A stretch of DNA of 64,000 nucleotides from an uncultured Pseudomonadales bacterium (GCA_964521215.1 CAZFRD010000004.1:241-64240), one strand, 5' to 3'. Shown: positions 28,968 to 38,098, counted from the stretch's first letter. The notes: generated by a model from the sequence alone, not told the origin. Numbers and translations are program-made.

Positions 28968-29386
28968 AATGGTGAGACTGATTCGGCAATGGCTTCAGCC
29001 CTTGGTTCAACTTGGGCAAGATACTGGTGATAGCGATCTTGATCCCAAATTTCAATCCAAGAATAACTCCCGACGATCACCACTTGTTTGACCAAGCGAG
29101 CGAACTCGATCAAGTACTCGGGCAGTTGTACTCGACCTTGGGGATCTGCTTGAATTTCTCGAGCTTCATTAGTAAGTAAACGAACAAAATCTCGGTGCGA
29201 CTGTTTTGTGAAGGTGCTGGTGGCGATTTGCTGAAGTTGTTGCTGGTATTCCGCTTTGGGGAATACGAACAGTCCTCCATCTAGGCCACGGGTAACAACC
29301 CATTCTGTTACCTGCTCACGAAATGTTCTTGGCAGTGAGATTCTTCCCTTATCTTCCAGGTGGTGGTAGTATCTGCCAATAAACAT
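28964..29386 (-). CDS. mraZ: Transcriptional regulator MraZ
   Basis: 'MFIG.Y.H.L.DKGRI..P..FR', 'TRGLDG.L', 'D.QGRV..P', 'EIWD'. Confidence 0.96.
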   Translation of the reverse strand: MFIGRYYHHLEDKGRISLPRTFREQVTEWVVTRGLDGGLFVFPKAEYQQQLQQIATSTFTKQSHRDFVRLLTNEAREIQADPQGRVQLPEYLIEFARLVKQVVIVGSYSWIEIWDQDRYHQYLAQVEPRAEAIAESVSPL

Positions 29387-29400
29387 TTCTATTTTGATAC

Positions 29401-29455
29401 TTTACCACTTTTTACCACCAGCAACAACTATCACATAACTAGCACAAACTGTAAA
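29401..29455 (-). promoter_or_regulatory. mraZ/dcw promoter with MraZ-binding direct repeats
   Basis: Minus strand: TTTACA (29455-29450), N17, GATAGT (29432-29427). GTTG/GTGG/GTGG boxes at exact 10-nt spacing (29428-25, 29418-15, 29408-05), matching the known GTGG-type MraZ repeat arrangement. Confidence 0.75.
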
Positions 29456-29491
29456 GACAAAGAAAAGACGAAATACTGTAGAATAATTTTT

Positions 29492-29668
29492 ATGAATCCA
29501 GAGAAAATCAAGGGAGAAGCGGAAAAGAAAAGAAAATCAATTCAGGAACTATGGGAGGAAAGCGATCGCATTACTCAAGAAATTATCAAGCACCCATGGA
29601 AGTATCCACTTCAGTATTTAATGATGCTCTTGGGAAGGATGCCTGACAAAAAATCAAAACAAAAATAA
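29492..29668 (+). CDS. Small hypothetical protein (58 aa, MNPEKIKGE...)
   Basis: ATG 7 nt after TAGAAT; charged N-terminus and an amphipathic segment. Divergent from mraZ. Confidence 0.45.
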   Translation: MNPEKIKGEAEKKRKSIQELWEESDRITQEIIKHPWKYPLQYLMMLLGRMPDKKSKQK

Positions 29669-29688
29669 ATTATTGAGTTGAGAGAAAA

Positions 29689-30486
29689 TTATTTTACAAC
29701 CGCCAAATAAAGTGGTGCAAGAGGAACCTCGGCTGTAATGGTTTTGCCGTCAGTTGTACCTTGGACATAGCTCCACTCTGCCCCATCCCAAACCGCGACG
29801 TGCGTTGCACCTTCTTGATTGGCGCGGATTGTTAGATCGGCTTCTCCCTTGATCGCCGATGTAGTTTCAAGCGAAAAAATTTCTGAGGCTACCGTGCCCT
29901 CTAAACCGTCAGGATAACCTGGCGTGTTGAACACAATTGAGTACCTTTGTTTTGCTAGTTCAGGTGAAGATAGTTGCAACTTAGCATCTTTGGAAGCCAC
30001 ATCTGGGCTTTTGGTTTTGTTATCAAAGTAGCGCCATTCAGACTTGAGCGCATATTTGGTGTCAGCTGAATAACGGGTTAAAAGTGTGCCACCAATAATA
30101 TCGGTATGGTAAGTGCAGGCACCACCAGCGCTACAGCTACCAAGTAGGATTTTGACGCTACTAGGTAACTCAGTCAGAGCCAGTTTACCAAAGGCACCTT
30201 GGAGTAGTGAGCCAGCTTGGTATTCTAGTTCATATTCAGTTTCCACTGCTGTTTTCTTGAGCGATACAACAGTCAGAGTCAAATTTCTACCATCGCTTTC
30301 GGGGTGAATGGTAATAAATGGTCGCTCAGCAACGGGAATAGTATTAACTTGTTCTGGAGCGACCTTTTTGGTTGGAGTGGTTTCAGTAGAAGAGTCTGAT
30401 TTGCCAAATTTTGTTATCACCACTATTCCCACGATGAGCAAAATAACTAAACCAACAATACTGGGGATGAGGATTTTTTTATTCAT
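29689..30486 (-). CDS. Membrane-anchored extracytoplasmic hypothetical protein
   Basis: N-terminal TM, Ser/Thr linker, beta-rich domain with 'GSCSAGGAC'. No family recognised with confidence. Confidence 0.7.
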   Translation of the reverse strand: MNKKILIPSIVGLVILLIVGIVVITKFGKSDSSTETTPTKKVAPEQVNTIPVAERPFITIHPESDGRNLTLTVVSLKKTAVETEYELEYQAGSLLQGAFGKLALTELPSSVKILLGSCSAGGACTYHTDIIGGTLLTRYSADTKYALKSEWRYFDNKTKSPDVASKDAKLQLSSPELAKQRYSIVFNTPGYPDGLEGTVASEIFSLETTSAIKGEADLTIRANQEGATHVAVWDGAEWSYVQGTTDGKTITAEVPLAPLYLAVVK

Positions 30487-30507
30487 ACAAGCAGTGAGTA
30501 TACGAGA

Positions 30508-31914
30508 TTATGACACTGATTTCAAATATGCTAAGAGCTCATCAAGATGAAGGCGTTTTTGCTCGGTTGTGTCTCGATCTCGAATCGTCACGGTTTGGTC
30601 TTCCAAAGTTTGGAAATCAATCGTGACGCATGAGGGAGTGCCGATCTCATCTTGGTAAAGATAACGCTTGCCGATATTACCCCGATCATCCCAGGTTGAT
30701 CGCAAATTTGGCAATAGTTGGTGGAAAATTTCCTCAGCTTTTGCCACCAGCTCGGGTTTATTTTTGAGCAATGGGAAAACTGCCACTTGATAGGGCGCAA
30801 GAGCCGATTTGAGTCGGAGAACCGTGCGTTGACGTTCGGTATCCTCCCAGTAAGCTTCACACAGTAACATTAGCATGGTTCTGCCGATACCCAGCGCAGG
30901 CTCAATTACGTGAGGAATAAGGGTTTTTCCGGTTTGGGGGTCGCGGTAGCTAAGATCTTCGCCTGATAATTTTTGGTGCTGAGTTAGATCGTAGTTGGTC
31001 CGGTACGCGACCCCCCACAACTCCTTGAAGCCAAAAGGAAATTGATAGTCTAGATCGTAAGTATCTTTTGAATAATGACTCCGTTCGGTATCTGTATGTT
31101 GTCTCCACTGCAGATGCTCGGCCGATACACCCATCGTTTCAGTCACAAACTGCCACATCTTTTCTTTCCACTGCTCTAGTAATTTCTGCCAATCAGTAGT
31201 TTCTGGATCAAAGAAATATTCAATTTCAGCCTGTTCCAATTCCAAGGTACGGAAGATAAATTGACCGGTTGTCACTTCGTTGCGAAAACTTTTACCAATT
31301 TGCCCAATGCCAAAGGGAAGCTGAACTCGAGTTGAATTTAATACTTGTTTGAAGTTGCTAAAGATACCCTGAGCTGTTTCACCCCGCAAGTAGACTTTGG
31401 CTTTTTCGTCAGCGACTGAGCCAATAGCGGTTTCAAACAGCAAGTTGAATTGTTTGGGTTCACTGACAGGGTTGCCCTCGGGACTCAGAACCTTGTATTT
31501 ATATATCACCTCGCCCATTTGGGGAACGCTTAAATCTTCAATTGATTTATTTTGTAGTTCACTAGGAATTTGATTTTGTAGCTTGAGCCAGCCCTCTATT
31601 AGGTGATCAGCTCGGTAGCGCTTGTGAGTTTTTATATCTTCCACCAAGGGATCGTTAAATGATGCCACATGGCCAGATGCCACCCAGGTTTGTGGATGTA
31701 ACATTATCTGAGTATCGAGGCCAACCATATCTGGGCGAGTTTCAATAAAACTGCGCCACCACTCATTGCGGATATTCTTCAACAATTGTGCGCCAAGGGG
31801 TCCAAAATCGTAAGAGCTGGCCAAACCACCATATATTTCTGAAGTGGGGTAAACAAAGCCTCTCCGCTTGCAGAGGGAAACGATGGCTTCAAGTGATGGA
31901 CTTGGGTTGGACAT
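30508..31914 (-). CDS. glyQS: Glycine--tRNA ligase, homodimeric alpha2 type
   Basis: 'LCKRRGF', 'YDFGPLG', 'LRGETAQGIF', 'GKSFRNE', 'HVIEPALG', anticodon-binding 'IGKRY..QDEIGTP'. Confidence 0.96.
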   Translation of the reverse strand: MSNPSPSLEAIVSLCKRRGFVYPTSEIYGGLASSYDFGPLGAQLLKNIRNEWWRSFIETRPDMVGLDTQIMLHPQTWVASGHVASFNDPLVEDIKTHKRYRADHLIEGWLKLQNQIPSELQNKSIEDLSVPQMGEVIYKYKVLSPEGNPVSEPKQFNLLFETAIGSVADEKAKVYLRGETAQGIFSNFKQVLNSTRVQLPFGIGQIGKSFRNEVTTGQFIFRTLELEQAEIEYFFDPETTDWQKLLEQWKEKMWQFVTETMGVSAEHLQWRQHTDTERSHYSKDTYDLDYQFPFGFKELWGVAYRTNYDLTQHQKLSGEDLSYRDPQTGKTLIPHVIEPALGIGRTMLMLLCEAYWEDTERQRTVLRLKSALAPYQVAVFPLLKNKPELVAKAEEIFHQLLPNLRSTWDDRGNIGKRYLYQDEIGTPSCVTIDFQTLEDQTVTIRDRDTTEQKRLHLDELLAYLKSVS

Positions 31915-31944
31915 AATTACTTTCTGTTAGGCTGAAAAAGGTAC

Positions 31945-31980
31945 AAAAAAACCTCCACCAGCGATATCTACTGATGAAGG
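31945..31980 (-). terminator. T-box terminator hairpin
   Basis: CCTTCATCAG-N9-CTGGTGGAGG-TTTTTTT on the minus strand: 10 bp with two G-U pairs, 30 nt before the glyQS ATG. Confidence 0.85.
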
Positions 31981-32108
31981 GACCCGAGTTGGGCGGTTCC
32001 ACCCCTCTTCCTTGAAACAAGCTCTAAAGCCTCGATCCAAGACGTCTTTTTGTACTTTACCTTGTATCTTTTGATTTGCTTGCCAAGGGCAGATAGCAAA
32101 GTAAATAT
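31945..32108 (-). ncRNA. T-box riboswitch leader (glycyl), transcription-attenuation type
   Basis: Minus strand: T-box AAGAGGGGTGGAACCGCCC (32009-31991). Antiterminator AGGGG-[UGGAACC]-GCCC...GGGU-CCCUU overlaps a 10-bp terminator (31980-31952) followed by U7. Lies directly upstream of glyQS. Confidence 0.85.
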
Positions 32109-32114
32109 AAAATC

Positions 32115-32143
32115 ATTGTAATCTATTAAACCACCGCTGTCAA
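32115..32143 (-). promoter_or_regulatory. Sigma70 promoter of the glyQS T-box leader
   Basis: TTGACA (32143-32138), N17, TACAAT (32120-32115). Confidence 0.85.
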
Positions 32144-32224
32144 TACTAATACTATAGGACTTATAAAAGACTCATAAAGACTATTTGTGATACAATAAGG
32201 ACTAATATATTTATATTAAAAAAT

Positions 32225-32938
32225 ATGCATAGTAAAGAAAGAGATCAAGCAAGCAATACTAAGATCTCATTAGTATCTCGCGAACTCACAGCAGATGAAC
32301 TAATATGTTTTCTTACAGAAGAAAGAGAAAAATTCCGAATAAATGAAGAAAAGAAACTAGAGGAAAAACTCCGGATGAAGGCAGAAGCAGAAGGGCTAGC
32401 TAGTGAGAAGCGTCTTAAATTCTATCGGAGACAAAAGGAAGAAATTGAAGCAAATTTAAGTAATCCCCAACTACCAGTTCTGATGAAAGAATTATTTAAA
32501 CTAATATTAGCAAGAGAAGATATAATCGAAATTGATCTAAATTCTGAAATGAATTTAGATACTGTCGTAGTCAGCAGCGATGACCAGTATGAGGTATATA
32601 CACATTTACCTACCGATTTTGCTCAGGAAGATTTTGCTTTCACCAACCGCGTTGCAACTGGCGAACGTAATTATGAAACTAGAAAAGTCACGGTTTCTTT
32701 TAAATTCACTTTTGATCAACAAGACAAACCAGCGATCACAATGACTTTTAGTATCAAGGATAAGAATGAAGTTAAAGCTGAAACATATCTGAGAACAGCA
32801 AGTGAGCTATCAGGGTTCATTGATTTGTTGTTCGCCTATTTAGTAAAGCATCAATCTCCGCCATTTTCACCATATTCATTTATCACAGAGCTTCAATTAA
32901 CACAATATAAAAGACAAATAACTTATCAACTTAGGTAA
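32225..32938 (+). CDS. Hypothetical protein (AT-rich orphan, charged N-terminal coiled-coil)
   Basis: 237-aa ORF with its own extended -10 (TGATACAAT) upstream; no motif recognised. Confidence 0.6.
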   Translation: MHSKERDQASNTKISLVSRELTADELICFLTEEREKFRINEEKKLEEKLRMKAEAEGLASEKRLKFYRRQKEEIEANLSNPQLPVLMKELFKLILAREDIIEIDLNSEMNLDTVVVSSDDQYEVYTHLPTDFAQEDFAFTNRVATGERNYETRKVTVSFKFTFDQQDKPAITMTFSIKDKNEVKAETYLRTASELSGFIDLLFAYLVKHQSPPFSPYSFITELQLTQYKRQITYQLR

Positions 32939-33001
32939 AACTCATTCTCAAGACGAATTAAAAAATAACAGGATTATTATCCTTTGAGGTGATTTAGAAG
33001 A

Positions 33002-33808
33002 TTATTCCTCATTGTAGTTTGTGTAATGAATTTTTCCGTTTTCAAAATAAGCTGGTTCAGCACCAATTCCTGCAGGACCAGCATCTTCAGCAATCACAGA
33101 GCAAGTAGTTGAACAAAGAAGTACAGCATATGGATTCTCTCGGTAATCTTTGCCATTTAGTGTGAAGTATCCCGCAGTTAGTACGAGACTTTTTCCATCG
33201 TCTGACCAACTTTCTTCGGTAAAATTAGGAAAGTAAATTTTAGAGAATAAATTGTGTATCTTGAAATTATTCACATCTACCATGACGAGCGCATTTTCTG
33301 CAGGTGCTCCCCCACTCAAAACAAATTCATCTGAATACGTCACGATAAATAGCCAATTTTTATTGGGTGAAATAGAGTAGTTACTAACATTTTCAACTTT
33401 TAATGAATTTGGTCCAGCTATGTAATCAAATGCTTTAACTTCATCGCTTGTGCAATACTGATATTCAGGAAGACTTTGAATGGTTTCACAAGTATATGTA
33501 GAATTTTGTTGATTTTCAGTAAGAGTGGAAATTATCTCACCATTCTTGATGATTATTGACTGTTCATTTGTAGTGATTGATGTTTCCACATTTGTGTCAG
33601 ATCGATTGATAATGTTCAGAGTGGATGAAAAAATACTTTGTTTCGACTTGTTTGTTTCCGCATAGATACCAAAAATCGTGATTGCTACAACGCTAATCAG
33701 GCAAAGTGAGCCGATGATAAAAATTTGATGGGCATGATCACGTAAAATTCTGTTGAGCCAATATTCAGTTGCTGGGGAAAACTTATAACTTGAAATTTTT
33801 TTTGTCAT
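33002..33808 (-). CDS. Membrane-anchored hypothetical protein with TolB/WD40-like blade motifs
   Basis: One N-terminal TM; 'SISPNKNWL' and 'WSDDGKSL' resemble PD40 blades; AT-rich. Confidence 0.55.
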   Translation of the reverse strand: MTKKISSYKFSPATEYWLNRILRDHAHQIFIIGSLCLISVVAITIFGIYAETNKSKQSIFSSTLNIINRSDTNVETSITTNEQSIIIKNGEIISTLTENQQNSTYTCETIQSLPEYQYCTSDEVKAFDYIAGPNSLKVENVSNYSISPNKNWLFIVTYSDEFVLSGGAPAENALVMVDVNNFKIHNLFSKIYFPNFTEESWSDDGKSLVLTAGYFTLNGKDYRENPYAVLLCSTTCSVIAEDAGPAGIGAEPAYFENGKIHYTNYNEE

Positions 33809-33814
33809 CAGAGC

Positions 33815-34360
33815 CTAATCTTTTACACTCAAATAATTATAACTTTTTATTGGTCGATCAGAAAGCGCTCCGACATAGTCACCAATGGTTTCGTACTTGG
33901 AATCTTCGGGGTCTTGGAAACCCAATTGAGTGATAATTGAGCGAAATGTGGTGCGAACCTCTGACGATCCCAGTCGATTGCGAGTGATATTGCGACGAAG
34001 TTGGATGATTTGGTTGAAAATTTTGGACTCGAGTTCATTTTCTATAAACAAACGCTCGCAAAGTTCTAGAAATTGCGACAGTTGGCGCATACGAGTCAAA
34101 GTACTCTCCATCAGCGAACAATCTTCCTCCATTAAGGCTTGAGTCAGCAACGGCATACTTTTTGTTTCTAGCCAGTGGAAGCGAACCAGATTGCCTGGTT
34201 GGAGGGCGGAACGCTTGGTCGATTTGAGTGTTCTGACACCTTTGGCGCGGCAAACTAGTTTGCCGCGCTCTTGAGTTAGTAGCGTCACTATTACATCGGT
34301 CTCACCCACCTTAACCCGTTTTAAGACCAATCCTTGTGAGGTGTACGTGCGTTTAGTCAT
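33815..34360 (-). CDS. recO: DNA repair protein RecO (short form)
   Basis: 'GLVLKR...GETD..VTLLT.E.GK....AKGVR...S'. C-terminal part shortened with no Cys zinc finger. Confidence 0.88.
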   Translation of the reverse strand: MTKRTYTSQGLVLKRVKVGETDVIVTLLTQERGKLVCRAKGVRTLKSTKRSALQPGNLVRFHWLETKSMPLLTQALMEEDCSLMESTLTRMRQLSQFLELCERLFIENELESKIFNQIIQLRRNITRNRLGSSEVRTTFRSIITQLGFQDPEDSKYETIGDYVGALSDRPIKSYNYLSVKD

Positions 34361-34372
34361 ACAAACAGCTGG

Positions 34373-36313
34373 CTACCAGTCGGTGCTGTAGGAAGTATCT
34401 TTATCAATCAGCAGTTCGTCTCTACCACCAGTGACTTCCATAGTGAGACCGTAGTCAGTGATCCCGCCCTGTTTCCAAACCTGCAGTCGATAGGCTGATT
34501 GCTCGTAAGGCACGGAATAACTGAGTCGAATCTTGGCGACTCCATTTGGTTCAAGAATAAAAAATCCGTCAATGACAGTAAACCCTAATTCGTCGTAGAC
34601 CTTAGCTTCTTTAGTAAAGCCAGTTGCCTCGATTAGCTCTGATCCTTGTGGCACATAAATTCTTGTCCAATCTCGGAGAGTCGAGTTCAAACACAATAAA
34701 CCCGCTTCTAAATTACAATTATCAGCCTTGCGGGTGTTTTTGTAAGTAATTTCTACCGTCTTTTTAATTTTCCCCTCGGCTGGAGCTTCAACCTGTTGCA
34801 CCACATCATAGTTGGTAAAGAGATTTGATTTTGCTCCACCCAAGTTGGCATTAACCACAGCAAGAAAATCTTCGCCATCGGTGGGCGGTTTCATCCTGCC
34901 AGCTAAATTGATCGCTTCGGCAGCTTTTTGGAGTGATTCATCAATATAATAAACTTGAATGTGTCTACCTTGCAAAGCCGCAATCATCGCTTGAAACAGC
35001 GGTCCGTTTTTCTCACTGGGTGCGTCGTAGGCTTTGGATAAAATCGCTCGCATGAAAGGTCCAAGTACCCCCTTGCGATCCACCTTAATATAATTTGTTG
35101 GTCGAGTAATAATTTCTGATAACGCATAGACAACCTGAGGACAATCGCAGCGTTTATCAATCTCCGCCGAAAAAGTGCCGTAACCGGGAACTTGGACCGG
35201 ACCAAGAGTTTCTAGCAATTGTTTTAAGACCTCAGTATCGACGGTGATAATGCCGTCAATATTCTTATCCCCAACTTTGGCATAGTTGCTCAAAAATTGT
35301 TCCATTGACACTTTGAAATCCGGCGAAATATTCATGTCGCGCAAGTTCCAATATTTTTCTGTGGTGAGGTACCTACCCAAAGCCTCAGGGATTGGAATTT
35401 TTGAGCGAAGCTTAGCATCGAGCGGATAAATATCATCTGATGTTTCTGGAGTGACTTTGCCGTCTTCAATAAAAATAGTCGAATAGGCAGTGAGAAAGCC
35501 TCCTGTGGGTCTTAGTTCGTTATCATTTTGAAACAGCACTAAGTATTTAAGACGCTTGCCTCTACCCCCAGCCATTATTGGCAGTTGTTCAATGACTGGT
35601 CGAAATTCGGTGACGGCAGTCAATGCCGATTGAGAAAGTGATTGAGCCTGAAGCACTAGTGGGCGGATTGGTTGCGTTCCCATTTTTTCTGGGTAACGGT
35701 TGGCATCAATCTGCCCCAACGCAGTCACTGCCGTTTGAATATCGGCGGTGATAGCATCAAGCTCCGGCATGGCTTTATCGAGCGTATCGAGGATTAACTT
35801 AATCCGATTTTCCGCCGTACCACTACCAGAAGCGGTTGGAGTTTGACCATTGAGTCCGAGCACATCGGCGTAGGGTTCGACCGCAAAGATAGCTTTTTGA
35901 GTGGCGGCTAAGCCAGCCTCGGCAGCTGTGAAGCCTGCTAACCCATCTTGATAATAGTTTTTAGCAATCGGCATGATGCTCAAAAAGCTTAATTTATAGT
36001 ATTCATTTTTGATCGTTTCTAGCTCGGCTGGAATTTTCTCCAACTCAGCTTTTGCACCAGGTAAATTTTGGGCTACAAGCTGTTGCATGACAGCTTGACC
36101 GGTGTACTGCATAACGAAAGCCTGCTGTTTGATCTGCTGTACAACCGAAAAAATATAAATGGCTACACCCGCAATAATGCCAATGAAGAGCACAATTAAA
36201 AGTCCAAATATTAATAATATTCGCTTTTTGAGACTAGGTGTTTGGGACACCGGTTTGAGGTTGGGTTCGGTGGCTGGCAATTTTCTGGAAAAACGTGGCA
36301 GGGCAATTTTCAT
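34373..36313 (-). CDS. DUF4012 domain membrane-anchored protein
   Basis: N-terminal TM and helical region, then 'YLVLFQNDNELRPTGGF', 'LRDMN.SPDF', 'N.GG.KSN', 'KQGG'. Confidence 0.8.
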   Translation of the reverse strand: MKIALPRFSRKLPATEPNLKPVSQTPSLKKRILLIFGLLIVLFIGIIAGVAIYIFSVVQQIKQQAFVMQYTGQAVMQQLVAQNLPGAKAELEKIPAELETIKNEYYKLSFLSIMPIAKNYYQDGLAGFTAAEAGLAATQKAIFAVEPYADVLGLNGQTPTASGSGTAENRIKLILDTLDKAMPELDAITADIQTAVTALGQIDANRYPEKMGTQPIRPLVLQAQSLSQSALTAVTEFRPVIEQLPIMAGGRGKRLKYLVLFQNDNELRPTGGFLTAYSTIFIEDGKVTPETSDDIYPLDAKLRSKIPIPEALGRYLTTEKYWNLRDMNISPDFKVSMEQFLSNYAKVGDKNIDGIITVDTEVLKQLLETLGPVQVPGYGTFSAEIDKRCDCPQVVYALSEIITRPTNYIKVDRKGVLGPFMRAILSKAYDAPSEKNGPLFQAMIAALQGRHIQVYYIDESLQKAAEAINLAGRMKPPTDGEDFLAVVNANLGGAKSNLFTNYDVVQQVEAPAEGKIKKTVEITYKNTRKADNCNLEAGLLCLNSTLRDWTRIYVPQGSELIEATGFTKEAKVYDELGFTVIDGFFILEPNGVAKIRLSYSVPYEQSAYRLQVWKQGGITDYGLTMEVTGGRDELLIDKDTSYSTDW

Positions 36314-36341
36314 AGACAAACAGTATAGCAGATATTGAGGA

Positions 36342-36992
36342 TTACCACTTAGAAATCATGGCTTTGGGAGTTTTAATCAATAACATGATATCTTCAACGA
36401 TACTGTGCCGACTAGCGTAAGCGGCATCGATTTTTGCACGTTGATCGAACGGAATTTCATTGCGTCCGCTGGTTTGCCAGACTCCAGTAATACCAGGTTT
36501 GACGGACAAAATTAAAGGGATATATCCTTTGGTAATTGGATATTTTTTACATTGTTCTGCCAGCTCATTTTTGAGATATGCTCGAGGACCAACCATGCTC
36601 ATATCGCCAATTAACACATTGATTAATTGAGGAAATTCGTCGATAGTCAATGAACGTAACACTTTGCCTATTTTAGTAATTCTTGGATCGTTCTTAATCT
36701 TCCAATCTCCATTTTTGAACTCTTCCAACAATTTTTTGTCTTGATTATGCAAGATATCGTCGGCGTTATGAACCATAGAACGAAACTTAAATAAGTAAAA
36801 TTCACGTCCGTCTTTCCCCAATCTTCGATGTTTGAATAATATTGGAGTACCAGAGTCTAGGTAAATTAAAATTGGCACCAAGATCCAAAATGGAAGAAAT
36901 AAGATCATTAGGAGCAAAGCGACTACAACATCGAGAATTCGCTTCATCACTTCATACCAAAGAGCCTGGTGAAAGTGTTTTGGCCAATTCAT
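36342..36992 (-). CDS. Priming sugar (phosphoglycosyl) transferase, Bac_transf family
   Basis: 'KRILD', 'FKFRSM', 'DPRITKIG..LR...DEFPQL.NV..GDMS.VGPR', 'KPGITG.WQ.SGR'. Confidence 0.92.
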   Translation of the reverse strand: MNWPKHFHQALWYEVMKRILDVVVALLLMILFLPFWILVPILIYLDSGTPILFKHRRLGKDGREFYLFKFRSMVHNADDILHNQDKKLLEEFKNGDWKIKNDPRITKIGKVLRSLTIDEFPQLINVLIGDMSMVGPRAYLKNELAEQCKKYPITKGYIPLILSVKPGITGVWQTSGRNEIPFDQRAKIDAAYASRHSIVEDIMLLIKTPKAMISKW

Positions 36993-38098
36993 AAATATTC
37001 AGTGCGTTTTTCTTCTTTTAATCGATCCACTAGTTTTTTCACATCTTGACTTCTATTTTTTGGAGCAATCATAATAATATCTGGGGTATCAACAATAATC
37101 ATATCACGCACTCCCAGCAGTGCGACCAAACGACCATTGGAATGTATGAGGTTATTTTGAGATTCCACCGATAGGGTTGGTAGTCGATTTTGATCGCCGT
37201 CACTAATAATGACATTGCCCGCCAAATCTTTTTGGCCCAAGTGGTATACCACTAACCATTCGCCAATATCATCCCAGCCAAAATCTCCTGGTATGAGTAC
37301 TAAGTTGTCAGCTTTTTCTGAGATGGCATAGTCGATTGAAATCGGATCGACGGAGGCATAAACCTTGCTTAATGATCGCGCAAATTCACCTGAAGTTTTG
37401 CCAAGTAAATGTTGAGTGGCTTGCCAAATAGTTGGCTGTAATTTCTTGAATGCGCTGACAATGGTCTTTGTTGACCAAACGTACATATTGGCGTTCCAGA
37501 AGTACTTGCCCGTCGCCAAGAATGCTCGAGCGGTGGTTTCGTTGGGTTTTTCAGTAAAACTTTCGACTTTAAACAAAGATGCAGATCTAGAATTCTGACG
37601 AATTGAGTCGCTGATTTTGATATAGCCGAAAGCGGTTGAGGCAAACTTGGGAGAAATACCGACGGTCACTAGGTACTCATTTTCGGCGGCGACTTCGGCC
37701 GCAGCCTTCATGACTCGAACAAACTCAGTATCATCTTGAACCACGTGGTCGGCCGCAGCGTTAATTACTACTGCCTCTGAGTCTAAATTATGAGCAAAAA
37801 GTGAACCAACTAACATCGCTAGGGCGGTATCTTTTTTTTCTGGTTCTGCTAAAATATTTGCTTGAGGTATTTCTGGTAACAACTCGCCTACTTGCTTGGC
37901 GTATTTCTGATTGGTCACCACGATCATTTTTTCCCAAGGTATAAAAGCGTTTAAGCGCATGGCTGTTACTTGGAGCATGGTCTGCTTACCCATCAACTTG
38001 AGAAATTGTTTGGGAGTTTCATTGCGTGATTTTGGCCATAAGCGCGTCCCTCCGCCGCCTGCCAAGATGACCGCATAAACGTGAGAATCTTGTTTCAT
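36989..38098 (-). CDS. manC: Mannose-1-phosphate guanylyltransferase
   Basis: 'ILAGGGGTRLWPKSR...PKQF', 'EP..K.TA.A', 'F.EKP', 'SIDYAI.EK', 'GWDDIG.W'. No C-terminal cupin/PMI domain. Confidence 0.9.
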   Translation of the reverse strand: MKQDSHVYAVILAGGGGTRLWPKSRNETPKQFLKLMGKQTMLQVTAMRLNAFIPWEKMIVVTNQKYAKQVGELLPEIPQANILAEPEKKDTALAMLVGSLFAHNLDSEAVVINAAADHVVQDDTEFVRVMKAAAEVAAENEYLVTVGISPKFASTAFGYIKISDSIRQNSRSASLFKVESFTEKPNETTARAFLATGKYFWNANMYVWSTKTIVSAFKKLQPTIWQATQHLLGKTSGEFARSLSKVYASVDPISIDYAISEKADNLVLIPGDFGWDDIGEWLVVYHLGQKDLAGNVIISDGDQNRLPTLSVESQNNLIHSNGRLVALLGVRDMIIVDTPDIIMIAPKNRSQDVKKLVDRLKEEKRTEYL

